Counted from the first letter of the stretch, positions 8,569-18,036 are shown. The stretch is DNA of 30,240 bases from Candidatus Hodarchaeum mangrovi (GCA_016839515.1 JAEOUE010000248.1:1-30240), one strand, 5' to 3'. A program made the numbers and translations. Notes: generated by a model from the letters alone, not told the origin.

Positions 8569-9813
8569 TTACTCATTTTCGAATGTAAAAACTGCTTTCA
8601 CAACATGATACTTATCCTTTTTCATTGAGTATTTCAATGCTTTCTTGTATTCACTTGGAAAACGAAAATGATGCGTTATCATCCATGAAAGGTCAACTTT
8701 TTTGTTACTAAGCATTCGTAAAGCAATATCAAATGCATGTTCATTTTTTGACTTATATGTTTCCATACAGGATCCAAATGACCCTACTATTTGTAGTTCC
8801 CGTGCCCAAACTAGTGACCAATCCACATTGATCCTATGGGGATTTCCAATCAATACTAGTTTTCCCCCTGCCTTTGTTAGACGTAAAGCATCCTCAATGG
8901 TATTTGATAATCCCACACATTCATAAATCATATCAGCACCTCCACCCACTGGTAATGGTTTTTTCTCTAAAATTGGTTTATACTTTCTTATTTTTAATTC
9001 ATTAGCAAGAGAATTATAATAATACTTTCCAACTTTAACAAACTTATTTGCTCCTCCTTTTTCAACCGCTAATTTTCCTCGTTCTTCATTTGTATCTAGG
9101 GCAATAATTTTTGCTTTACTTCCTAAGGCTCGTAGAGCACTTAGAACCATTAATCCTATTACTCCTGTTCCTATTACAATAACTGTATCAGAGTCTTTAG
9201 GAAAATTCCTTATAACTGCATGAAGGCCAATTGTGAATGGTTCCACTAATACTGCATTTAGATCACTTACATTTTCAGGAACCCTATACACCTGTGTCTG
9301 ATGAGCTAAATATGCCGAACTAAATGCTCCACCAGTTGAATTACACCACCCAATATCGAATCCAGGATTGATATTTCCCTTATCGAAATTATTACAGAGG
9401 ACAAAATCACCATTTGTGCAATTCTGACATAGAGGGGAAATCCCCCTGACACGACAACTAAGGATCGGATCTAAGCTTATTCGATCCCCTTTTTTGATAT
9501 TTTTTACCTCTGGGCTTATTTCTGATATAATACCTACATTTTCATGTCCTAAAACTGATGGAAAGGAACAAAGCGGTTCTAATAAAGGACTTTCTTGAAG
9601 TAAAATTGTATTTATATCTGATCCACAGATTCCAGTAAGAATTGGCTTAACTTTCACCCATCCAGGTAAGATTTCAGGTTCTGGGATATTATCCAGCTTT
9701 GTTGGAGAAAAAAAGTTATAATAGGCTAAAGGAGTTATTTTTCCCAATAATTTTGTAGTTAAATATCTTGGTATACTAGCATGAAATCGAAGTGCTTGCA
9801 TAAACTTCCCCAT
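8569..9813 (-). CDS. zinc-dependent medium-chain dehydrogenase (threonine/sorbitol dehydrogenase-like)
   Basis: GICGSD, LGHE, structural Zn C-x8-C-x2-C-x7-C, LVEP third ligand and Rossmann G.G..G (IGTGVIG). Confidence 0.9.
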   Translation of the reverse strand: MGKFMQALRFHASIPRYLTTKLLGKITPLAYYNFFSPTKLDNIPEPEILPGWVKVKPILTGICGSDINTILLQESPLLEPLCSFPSVLGHENVGIISEISPEVKNIKKGDRISLDPILSCRVRGISPLCQNCTNGDFVLCNNFDKGNINPGFDIGWCNSTGGAFSSAYLAHQTQVYRVPENVSDLNAVLVEPFTIGLHAVIRNFPKDSDTVIVIGTGVIGLMVLSALRALGSKAKIIALDTNEERGKLAVEKGGANKFVKVGKYYYNSLANELKIRKYKPILEKKPLPVGGGADMIYECVGLSNTIEDALRLTKAGGKLVLIGNPHRINVDWSLVWARELQIVGSFGSCMETYKSKNEHAFDIALRMLSNKKVDLSWMITHHFRFPSEYKKALKYSMKKDKYHVVKAVFTFENE

Positions 9814-10434
9814 CTTATTTCATTTCTATAGATTTTTCTGCATTGAGATTGAATTAATGAATCTGGTGTTTAATATAGGACTAATTTTTATCTAAAAAAT
9901 GAATTCTTATATTAATATAACAAATACCATTTAAAATTGGTTAGAAAATAAATCAGCTGCTTATTCAGAATAAAAAAATATGTTCTGATCTTAGGTTTCC
10001 AACTAGATTAGATAAGTCCATAATTGGATACATTTTTTCATTATGAAAATCAAACTTGGTGTTGGAAAAAAACAGATTTCAAAGATCTCTTCAGTCTATT
10101 GATTAGTTATTATGAGTTGAAAAATTAATGGATTAAGAAGCCTTTGTTAGGGAAAGTTATGAAAATATTTTTTGCCACATTGTTCTATCTAAGGCAGATC
10201 TATTCTATGCTTCCTTTTTCTCATTAAATCTTAGAATAAGTAAAATAGGCCTTAATCTTACTTAATAGAGATATTTTCAATAGTAGAAATTCAAAAATTC
10301 TTGTTCATCTTAATCCTCCTTCAGAAGTTACTTTTTAGATTTAGAAAAAACATTTAAATAGAAAAAAGGAGCCTAGTATAGATATTCTTGTTTATATTTT
10401 TTGGAATTCAAAAGAATTTTCAAATATTAAGCAG

Positions 10435-11061
10435 TTGGGGAATGATTTGCGAATTATCAAAGATCCTGAAATTGTTCAAGTTGTAGTTGAACGGGCTAGA
10501 TGGGAAATTTGGAATTTATTGAAAGCTAAAGGATCACTTAGTGCTGATCAAATAGCTGAAATACTGGATAAAGATATTAGTACTATCTATCGTCATTTAA
10601 AGAAACTATGTGAGGCTGGGTTTGTTTTAGAGGAGGAAGTTCGCAAAGGAGACCAAAAATACGTTATTAAAAAATTCACAGCAATTTCTACCAATTCCCT
10701 TTTTCTTTTAAGTGAAGAGGAAGAACGTATGATTGCCTCGCAACCAGGAGAAATTCCTTATCTCAATGGTTTCTTACCAAGAGTTTTAGAAGTTTTCAAA
10801 GAGCTAGGGTTTAGTCCAGATAATCGCAATGAAGAAAAAAAGGCTATTAAATTGATGAGCGAACTTCAAATATATTATAGTGATTTTCTTGTAAAATTTT
10901 TTGGTGATCAGGATGAATTTCCTACATTAGAGAGAGGAGAAGACTTTAATGAAGTATTAGAATATATGAAACTTTTTCTTTGTCAAATAGATGACTTTTA
11001 TTCTTCCAAAATAGAGGAATTAAGAAAAATCCTAATGATAAATAAGATACTTGAAGCTTAG
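10435..11061 (+). CDS. ArsR-family winged-helix transcriptional regulator
   Basis: IIKDPE...R.EIW.LLK..LSADQIAEILDKD.STIYRHLKKL.EAGFV followed by a helical C-terminal domain. TTG start is uncertain. Convergent with the end of the opp operon. Confidence 0.85.
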   Translation: MGNDLRIIKDPEIVQVVVERARWEIWNLLKAKGSLSADQIAEILDKDISTIYRHLKKLCEAGFVLEEEVRKGDQKYVIKKFTAISTNSLFLLSEEEERMIASQPGEIPYLNGFLPRVLEVFKELGFSPDNRNEEKKAIKLMSELQIYYSDFLVKFFGDQDEFPTLERGEDFNEVLEYMKLFLCQIDDFYSSKIEELRKILMINKILEA

Positions 11062-11072
11062 ATAATTGTGAC

Positions 11073-12161
11073 TCAAATTTCCAATAGATCTTCGCGAGGA
11101 ACGATGCTCGTTAGAATACCATCCTCAGTTTTAATAATATCGTCCTCAATTCTTACCCCAAATTTTCTTGGAAGATAAATTCCAGGTTCTATCGTAAAAG
11201 TATGGCCATTAATTATTGGATTAGGATTTGTTTGGACAATATATGGTTCTTCATGGATTTCTAATCCGATTCCATGACCAGTTCGATGAGTAAAATATTT
11301 TCCATAACCCATTTTTGTTATATAAGCTCGTGCAGCCTCATCCACTTCACAAGCTCGTTTATTTTCAATAACTGCTTGTTTAGCCAAGGAATTTGCAGTT
11401 TTTACGATTTTGTATATTTCTTTAAATTTACTACTCGCTTTCCCAAAAACTGATGTAATTGTGATATCACCCCAATAGTCCCCGATTGTTACCCCTGCGT
11501 CAATAACCACAACGTTATCCTTCTTTAATTTTGTGTTTAGACTAAAGCTAGGAAGCTTAGCAGTATTTTCTTCATAAGATACTTCTAAATAGAATTTTTC
11601 ATCTTTTTCAGGTTTTAATTTTTCCTTAAATATGGAAGTCACATCAGTTTCAGTTAATCCAACCTCGAGTTCCATTAAAGTTGAAATAATTAAATCGACT
11701 GTTTTTTGTGATGCTTTGAGCAATAATTTCTGTTCTTCTTCATCTTTTATTGATCTTAAAGAGTTGAAAATCTCTTCAATCGAACAATATTCAAATTTCT
11801 GAAAATTCTGAGCAATGCGATGAACATCTGAAAACCACATTCTTGGGTCAAAAGCAATGGATTGACAAGAAGTATATGAAATCTGTTTGGTTAGGACATC
11901 TATTGGATTTTCAGCTTCTTGCCACCCAATACAATCATCAATCCCGATTTTTTCACTTAATTCAGCTTTAATATATTCAGGTGCAATTAATTTAGGGGGT
12001 CCTTCTTGTTCTATTAGAGTAACCGTAAATCTATCGGTTTGTTCCCCTAAAAATCCGAATAACCAACGAAAATTATATCCTAAAGGAAGAACTAAACATT
12101 GAATCTTGTGCTGTCTCATTTGTTCTTGAAGAAGTTTTAGTCGTTTTTTATTAAAAGACAT
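11073..12161 (-). CDS. Xaa-Pro peptidase family protein (M24B, creatinase/prolidase N-domain)
   Basis: Metal ligands present: IDAG...GDIT, HRTGHGIGLEIHE, TIEPGIY, GVRIEDD. AAGGTGA precedes ATG 12161; the track start at 12203 overlaps oppF. Confidence 0.9.
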   Translation of the reverse strand: MSFNKKRLKLLQEQMRQHKIQCLVLPLGYNFRWLFGFLGEQTDRFTVTLIEQEGPPKLIAPEYIKAELSEKIGIDDCIGWQEAENPIDVLTKQISYTSCQSIAFDPRMWFSDVHRIAQNFQKFEYCSIEEIFNSLRSIKDEEEQKLLLKASQKTVDLIISTLMELEVGLTETDVTSIFKEKLKPEKDEKFYLEVSYEENTAKLPSFSLNTKLKKDNVVVIDAGVTIGDYWGDITITSVFGKASSKFKEIYKIVKTANSLAKQAVIENKRACEVDEAARAYITKMGYGKYFTHRTGHGIGLEIHEEPYIVQTNPNPIINGHTFTIEPGIYLPRKFGVRIEDDIIKTEDGILTSIVPREDLLEI

Positions 12162-12172
12162 GAATTCACCTT

Positions 12173-13360
12173 TTACAATAAAGGGTAATGACATGCTACC
12201 CAATGGTTTTGTTGTTTTTCAATTAATTCAGGTTCTATTTTACTACAAAGTTCATAATCCACAATAGGACACCGAGGATGAAATCTACACCCAGTAGGAG
12301 GATGAATTGCATCAGCTACTTCCCCTTTAGGTAGATTGAAATCGCCTTTTCTGAGAGAGGTTGAGGGAATAGATTCAATCAAAGCTCTTGTATAAGGGTG
12401 TAATGGTTTTAAAAATAAACTTTTGACATCTCCTTTTTCTACTAATTTTCCGACATACATTATTGCCACTTGATCTCCAAAATGGCGTGCTGTGGCTAAA
12501 TCATGAGTAATAAATAGTATTGCTAAACCATGAATTTTTTGTAGTGATTTTAGTAGATCAAGAATACCTGCACGGCAGCTAACATCTAGCATACTTGTTG
12601 GTTCATCAGCAATCAGGAGATCAGGTTGTAAGATAATGGCTCGTGCAATGGAAACTCGTTGTCTTTCCCCTCCACTGACTTCGTGAGGATATTTAAAATA
12701 AAATTGTTCTGCAGGTGATAATCCTATTTCATTAAATTTTTCTAAGACTGTCTTATCCAGAATTTTGTTTTTTTGAAGCCAAGAAAAGTAAAAATAAAGA
12801 ATCAATGCAATTGAGAATAATATTATGCTTCCAAGTGCGCTAAAGTTAGCGAGAGGTCCTTTTATTAGAAAACTGATAATAAATAAAAAGGAGGAAATTA
12901 TAGTACTAATCACCATAATCATTTCTGAATATTTAGCATTTCTAATTCTCCGTTGAGTATCACTGTATCGTACCTTGTCGTGAATAATTAAGGAATGAAG
13001 TACGTTATCACCTAGAGTCATTCTCGGATTAAGGGAGGAAAATGGATTCTGAAAAATTATTTGTGATTTTATGTCGTTTTTCTTCGGAATTAATTCATTA
13101 AATGGAATACTAATTCCTTCCCAGATGAATTCTCCTGCTGTTGGTTTATCTAATCCTACAAGTATGTTTGCGGTTGTTGACTTCCCGCATCCACTTTCTC
13201 CACATAAACAGAAAATTTCATTCTTCTTAATAGCGAAGCTGATATCATCGATTGCATGAACAAAATCGGTCTCTTTTGAGAAAATTCGTTTAAAAGATCC
13301 TTGTCCTACTGGAAAATACTTTTTAAGGTTCTTTACCTCAATTAATGACTCAAGGTTCAT
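12173..13360 (-). CDS. oppF: oligopeptide/dipeptide ABC transporter ATP-binding subunit (OppF/DppF type) with an inserted hydrophobic hairpin
   Basis: Walker A GESGCGKST, Q-loop IFQNPFSSLNP, signature VSGGERQR, Walker B LIADEP, ITHD, HPYT and C-terminal GCRFHPRC...C...ACH. About 60 extra residues with two TM-like segments between Q-loop and signature. Confidence 0.92.
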   Translation of the reverse strand: MNLESLIEVKNLKKYFPVGQGSFKRIFSKETDFVHAIDDISFAIKKNEIFCLCGESGCGKSTTANILVGLDKPTAGEFIWEGISIPFNELIPKKNDIKSQIIFQNPFSSLNPRMTLGDNVLHSLIIHDKVRYSDTQRRIRNAKYSEMIMVISTIISSFLFIISFLIKGPLANFSALGSIILFSIALILYFYFSWLQKNKILDKTVLEKFNEIGLSPAEQFYFKYPHEVSGGERQRVSIARAIILQPDLLIADEPTSMLDVSCRAGILDLLKSLQKIHGLAILFITHDLATARHFGDQVAIMYVGKLVEKGDVKSLFLKPLHPYTRALIESIPSTSLRKGDFNLPKGEVADAIHPPTGCRFHPRCPIVDYELCSKIEPELIEKQQNHWVACHYPLL

Positions 13361-14375
13361 ATTTATCACTGAAATTATTAAATAAGTGGCTATATTCTTC
13401 CTGATACATTAAACACTTTATTAAATGTCCAGATTTACTCGTTGAGGTCAGATGGACATCCTTTAGAACAGTTTTTTCACATATGGATATTGCATATGGA
13501 CATCTTTCAGCAAAACGACATCCTTCTGGTAGATTTCGCATGTCAGGGGGATGACCTGGAATGAAAGCTAAATTTTTCTTTTCTTTATCCTTTACATCTG
13601 GTATTGCAGAAATTAGAGCTTTTGTGTATGGGTGGGCTGGTTTTTTAAAAATAATTGAGGTATCACTAATTTCAACGATTTGACCAGCATACATTATTGC
13701 AACACGATGAGCAATGTTCGAAACAACGCTTAAATCATGAGTAATATATATTACTGTCAAATTTAGATCTTTGATTAATTCTTTAAGGATTTCTAACGTT
13801 CTAGCTTGTACTAAGACATCTAATGCTGTAGTTGGTTCATCTGCAATAATCAATTCTGGTTTTAAAATTAATGTTAGAGCAATAACAATTCGTTGTTGCA
13901 TGCCTCCAGAGAATTGAAATGGATGATCATTCAATCTAGATTTTGGGATTTCCAATTGATCTATAAGCTGCATTATTTCAGTCCAAGTAGTTTCATTCCA
14001 TTTTTTATGAAATTTTAGTGTGTCAATGAAATGATCTGAGACTTTTTGTAAAGGATTTAAGGCATTCTGTGATGCCTGAAAAATCATAGACATTTCAGAG
14101 CCTCTTATCTTCTGCATTTCTTTTTCAGACATTTTTAATAAATTATTTCCTTTGAAAAATATATTTCCTTCTTCGATTTTTCCTCCTTTTAGTAATCGAA
14201 GAATTGCAAAGCCTAAAGTACTTTTTCCACAGCCTGATTCTCCAACTAGCCCTAAAACTTCACCTGAGTTTAAAAAAAGGGACACTTTATCAACTGCTCT
14301 TATGATATTTCCATCTACTGGGTAATTGACAGTCAAATCCTTGATTATCAAGATTTTTTCATCTGACATTAGCAT
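13350..14375 (-). CDS. oppD: oligopeptide/dipeptide ABC transporter ATP-binding subunit (OppD/DppD type)
   Basis: GESGCGKST, MIFQ, FSGGMQQR, IIADEPTTALDV, ITHDL, HPYT, GCRF..RC. Likely start 14375 or 14369 after GAGG; the track start overlaps oppC. Confidence 0.93.
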   Translation of the reverse strand: MLMSDEKILIIKDLTVNYPVDGNIIRAVDKVSLFLNSGEVLGLVGESGCGKSTLGFAILRLLKGGKIEEGNIFFKGNNLLKMSEKEMQKIRGSEMSMIFQASQNALNPLQKVSDHFIDTLKFHKKWNETTWTEIMQLIDQLEIPKSRLNDHPFQFSGGMQQRIVIALTLILKPELIIADEPTTALDVLVQARTLEILKELIKDLNLTVIYITHDLSVVSNIAHRVAIMYAGQIVEISDTSIIFKKPAHPYTKALISAIPDVKDKEKKNLAFIPGHPPDMRNLPEGCRFAERCPYAISICEKTVLKDVHLTSTSKSGHLIKCLMYQEEYSHLFNNFSDKYEP

Positions 14376-14376
14376 A

Positions 14377-15300
14377 TCATCCTCTTTCCCTAAGAAGGGG
14401 ATTAAACTTATCATTAAGAGCATCACCTATCAGAGATAATGCAAATGAAAGTAAAAATATCATTAGACCAGGAAACATTATTAACCAAGGATATAAACGT
14501 ACTTTTGAAAGTGCTCGAGCATCTTGAAGATCATATCCCCAATCGGCGGTTGGTGCTTGTATTCCTAAACCTAGAAATGCAAGCGAAGCATTAGTTAATA
14601 TTGCTTCAGTCATATTAAAAGGAATTATGGCAATTGAAGAAGCTAATATATTTGGAGTAATGTAGCGTAAGAGAATTGTTAGTTTTCCTGCCCCAATTGA
14701 CTGTGCTGCTTTGATAAAAGTTTCTTCCTTAATTTGTAATACTTGAGATCTTATTACTCGAAAATAAGAAGGTGCATAAACTATTGCAGTACTAAAAGCA
14801 ACCGCAGCAATTATTTTAAAATCACCAAAAACAGAAAGATAAATTGCCAAAGTAATTGCTAAAAGTAATGATGGAAATGAATAAATAGCATCAGCAGTCA
14901 TAGTTAAAAGTCTATCTACTTTTCCTCCAAAATAACCTGAAACTATCCCTAATGGTACACCAATCACTAAAGCAACAATAGTAGAACTCATTGCCATTAG
15001 TAATGCGATTCTTGAACCATATATTATTCGTGATAACATATCACGACCAAGTAAATTTGTGCCAAATGGGTGTTGAATCGTGGGAGGACAGTAGCGACAA
15101 TTGGGATATTCAGGACCACAATCTTTACAAGTCTGAGCATAGTGATAAGGAGCTATAATATCTGCAAAAATTGCCATTATTAGAATTATTCCAAAAATTA
15201 ACAATCCTATTGTTAGAGATTTATTATGCATTATACTAGATTTAAGCTTCCTAAAGTGACTTATGAGGGGGATTTCTTTATGATAAGTATCCATTCTCAC
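14377..15300 (-). CDS. oppC: peptide ABC transporter permease (OppC/DppC type)
   Basis: HPFGT..LGRD..SRIIYG.R, EAA-like loop FIKAAQSIGA, LAFLGLG..P...WG, PW...FPG. Start may be ATG 15294. Confidence 0.93.
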   Translation of the reverse strand: MRMDTYHKEIPLISHFRKLKSSIMHNKSLTIGLLIFGIILIMAIFADIIAPYHYAQTCKDCGPEYPNCRYCPPTIQHPFGTNLLGRDMLSRIIYGSRIALLMAMSSTIVALVIGVPLGIVSGYFGGKVDRLLTMTADAIYSFPSLLLAITLAIYLSVFGDFKIIAAVAFSTAIVYAPSYFRVIRSQVLQIKEETFIKAAQSIGAGKLTILLRYITPNILASSIAIIPFNMTEAILTNASLAFLGLGIQAPTADWGYDLQDARALSKVRLYPWLIMFPGLMIFLLSFALSLIGDALNDKFNPLLRERG

Positions 15301-15318
15301 TACACAGACTCCATTGAT

Positions 15319-16335
15319 CTAGTAAACAATTCGAGGATCTAATATAGCGTAAATTACATCACCAAAGAGACTTACTATGCTTACAATAATTACAAAAATT
15401 ATCATTGCCCCTTGTACGGCTGGAAAATCTTTATTTTGTATAGCTAAATACAAATACCTCCCTAATCCTGGGATATTGAAAGTTGTTTCTGTTAGTATAG
15501 CTCCAGCCAGCAATAATGCAAATTGTAAACTGATTAAGCCGATAATTGGCGTAACAGCATTTTTAAGAACATATCGATATCTTATCGTCCTTTCAGGAAT
15601 TCCTCTTGATCGGGCATAGTGAACATAATTCTCCTCCATATGATGAATCATATTTGTTCTCACTTGTCTAGCTATAACTCCTGCAATTAACATTCCTAAT
15701 GCTAAGCTTGGCATAATCAAGTGTAAAAGAATATCTATTGTTAAATCAATTCTTCCACTCAATATTGTGTCAATTAACCATATTTCTGTGTAATGGTTGA
15801 AATCTTCTGTAGCTCCAGCCTTTATTAATGATAAAGGAGGTAAAATATCTAGAATATATGAAAAAATCACCTGCATAGCAATTCCGACAAGAAAAATCGG
15901 AATACTATATATTCCAATTGTATATAGCCTTATTACATGGTCTTTAAATCCCTCACGATTAGTACCTGCAATAGCTCCTAATAATATTCCAAGAGGAACT
16001 CCAATTAAGGTACCAAAAAAAGCTAGCATTAGTGTGGGACCAAAAGCTAATTGGATCTCTTTGACTACATCAATGTTGGTACGATAAGATTCTCCAAAAT
16101 CAAGTGTGAATGCTTGAATTAGGAAATCAAAATATTGTTCTAAGAGTGGTTTATTTAAACCAAGGTTTTCGTTTAATCTTTCTATATGTTCCGGTGGTAT
16201 TTGTGGATTCATAACTGCGACTGGATTTGCTCCTGGAAGTACTCTCAATAGAAAAAAAACAATGGTCACAAGTATCCAGATCATTGGTAATATTAGGATT
16301 ATTCTTGTAATAAAGAAAGTTCTCAAAGACGTCAT
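15319..16335 (-). CDS. oppB: peptide ABC transporter permease (OppB/DppB type)
   Basis: PG.NP, GL.KPL.EQY, DFGES, ARQVR..M...Y...ARSRG, ETTFNIPGLG, D...AILDPRI. Confidence 0.93.
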   Translation of the reverse strand: MTSLRTFFITRIILILPMIWILVTIVFFLLRVLPGANPVAVMNPQIPPEHIERLNENLGLNKPLLEQYFDFLIQAFTLDFGESYRTNIDVVKEIQLAFGPTLMLAFFGTLIGVPLGILLGAIAGTNREGFKDHVIRLYTIGIYSIPIFLVGIAMQVIFSYILDILPPLSLIKAGATEDFNHYTEIWLIDTILSGRIDLTIDILLHLIMPSLALGMLIAGVIARQVRTNMIHHMEENYVHYARSRGIPERTIRYRYVLKNAVTPIIGLISLQFALLLAGAILTETTFNIPGLGRYLYLAIQNKDFPAVQGAMIIFVIIVSIVSLFGDVIYAILDPRIVY

Positions 16336-16346
16336 TAAATATCACT

Positions 16347-16379
16347 GAACTCTATTAAAAAAAATGAGAAAAAAGAGGG
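16347..16379 (-). terminator. archaeal-type U-rich terminator between the binding-protein gene and oppB
   Basis: Minus strand reads CCCTCTTTTTTCTCATTTTTTTT immediately after the oppA stop. Confidence 0.5.
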
Positions 16380-16380
16380 T

Positions 16381-18036
16381 TTATACTCTTTTTTTCTTCC
16401 TTTTTGATAAAAGTACTGATCCAATGATAAATATTCCTATGCAAGTGTAGAAAATGTCGAATCCTGGTGTTCCATCTGCTCCAGTTTTCTCTATAGAATT
16501 AAAGTGAATGTTTTCAGATGGTTCTAAAGAAACTCCTGTTATACCCTTTTGATATGCTATAAATTGAGATACCATTGTAAACAAGGGGACGACTGGAACG
16601 TCTTTTGCAAAACCTTTTTGAGCATTGATAGTTGCTGTCATCCTATCAGCTGCATCAGGATCCGTTATCATTGTGTTTACGTATCCATCCATCTCACTTG
16701 AATCGTAAGCTGAATAACGAGTTGGTCCTACAAAAGGAGCGACATAATTACTTGGATCAGGATAATCGAACCACCATCCAAGTAGATAGAATGGCATAGT
16801 TTGTGCTAGAAAAGCTTCGACAAAGGTTCCCCATTCTGATGACATTAAAGTCACTTCAAAATATCCAGTTGCTTCTAATTGTTGCTCAACCAATTCTGCA
16901 ACGTCTTTCTCTGTATCACCATAGTGTGTTGGTGTATAGGATAGCTCTATGGGATATTTATTTGAAGTTGAGTAACCTGCTGCAGTCATATTGCCTGTGA
17001 CATAGGACATTGTCGGCCCAGCTTCAAAGGCATCAATATGACTTGTGAATATTTCAGGAACCATACTATAGAGTTCTTTATTAAAATTATTGAAGATAGT
17101 GGCAGTTATTTCACTTCTGTTTACTGAAGCTGCTATTGCTCTTCTGATTCTTACATCTGGATGATCAAGACAATTGATAACTAAATATCGAATACCTGCA
17201 GTTTCTTTCAGCTGGAATCCAAGGTCGGGATTATTCTGAATTGTTGTCATTTCTTCAGGTCCGAATTGTCTATTTGCCACATCAACTTCATTATTTTCTA
17301 ATGCAGTAAGCAAGGTTGACGAATCACTAAAGAATTTGATAATAATTTTCTTGTTCTTTGGTGCGGTTCCAAAGTAATTAGGATTTCGGTCTAAGATGAT
17401 TTCGGTATCTTTTGTCCAAGAGGAAACGATATAAGGGCCTAAACCGGCAGGAATAGAATCTGGTTCTCCACCAATTTCATCTACTGATAGTGAAATAGTA
17501 CTAATTGGCCATCCAATTGGATACGTCAAACGATTTAAAAAAGTGGCGTCTGGTGTATTGAGAAATATCTTTATTGTATTTTCATCCACTTTTTCAGTTC
17601 TATTAACAACATCTGTTAATAGAAAACTGCTGTCTCCTCCAAGTGTTAATGCACGATTGAGATTCCAGATCATAGCTGAAGCATTAAAAGGGGTTCCATC
17701 ACTAAAAAATATCCCAGTTTTTAGTACGAAAGTATATTCTTTTGCATCCGAACTTACAGTATATGATTCGACAATAGGACCTTTTACAGCATCAGTGGAA
17801 TCAACTGGCATCTCCATAAGGCCATGGGTAAAATGCATCATGATGGTTGAAGATAGAATGTCATATCCATGGGCTGGGTCCAAACTCATGATTGAATCTG
17901 TTGTTCCGATTACAATTTCGTCATCGCTTAAAGCTGTAGACCTTGTTAAATTCATCTGTAGAATCTGGAATGTCCCAAATACCCCCAAAAATATTATTGC
18001 GACTAATACATAAGAATTTATCTTTTTTTTCAGCAT
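16381..18036 (-). CDS. oppA: family 5 ABC substrate-binding protein (OppA/DppA type) with N-terminal signal/anchor and PGF-CTERM-like tail
   Basis: SLDPA, YTF.LK.G..FSDGTPFNA, G.GPY, RNPNYFG, RRAIA..VNR, W..DYPDP and C-terminus TPGF + TM + KRKKKR. AGGTGA precedes ATG 18036. Confidence 0.93.
   Translation of the reverse strand: MLKKKINSYVLVAIIFLGVFGTFQILQMNLTRSTALSDDEIVIGTTDSIMSLDPAHGYDILSSTIMMHFTHGLMEMPVDSTDAVKGPIVESYTVSSDAKEYTFVLKTGIFFSDGTPFNASAMIWNLNRALTLGGDSSFLLTDVVNRTEKVDENTIKIFLNTPDATFLNRLTYPIGWPISTISLSVDEIGGEPDSIPAGLGPYIVSSWTKDTEIILDRNPNYFGTAPKNKKIIIKFFSDSSTLLTALENNEVDVANRQFGPEEMTTIQNNPDLGFQLKETAGIRYLVINCLDHPDVRIRRAIAASVNRSEITATIFNNFNKELYSMVPEIFTSHIDAFEAGPTMSYVTGNMTAAGYSTSNKYPIELSYTPTHYGDTEKDVAELVEQQLEATGYFEVTLMSSEWGTFVEAFLAQTMPFYLLGWWFDYPDPSNYVAPFVGPTRYSAYDSSEMDGYVNTMITDPDAADRMTATINAQKGFAKDVPVVPLFTMVSQFIAYQKGITGVSLEPSENIHFNSIEKTGADGTPGFDIFYTCIGIFIIGSVLLSKRKKKRV

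Noticed and set aside
9814-10434. 620-bp divergent intergenic region with imperfect inverted repeat TTGGAATTC-AAAA-GAATTTTCAA near 10401-10423
   Set aside because: Could be an ArsR operator, but it is too imperfect and AT-rich to distinguish from chance; no ORF or RNA structure seen.
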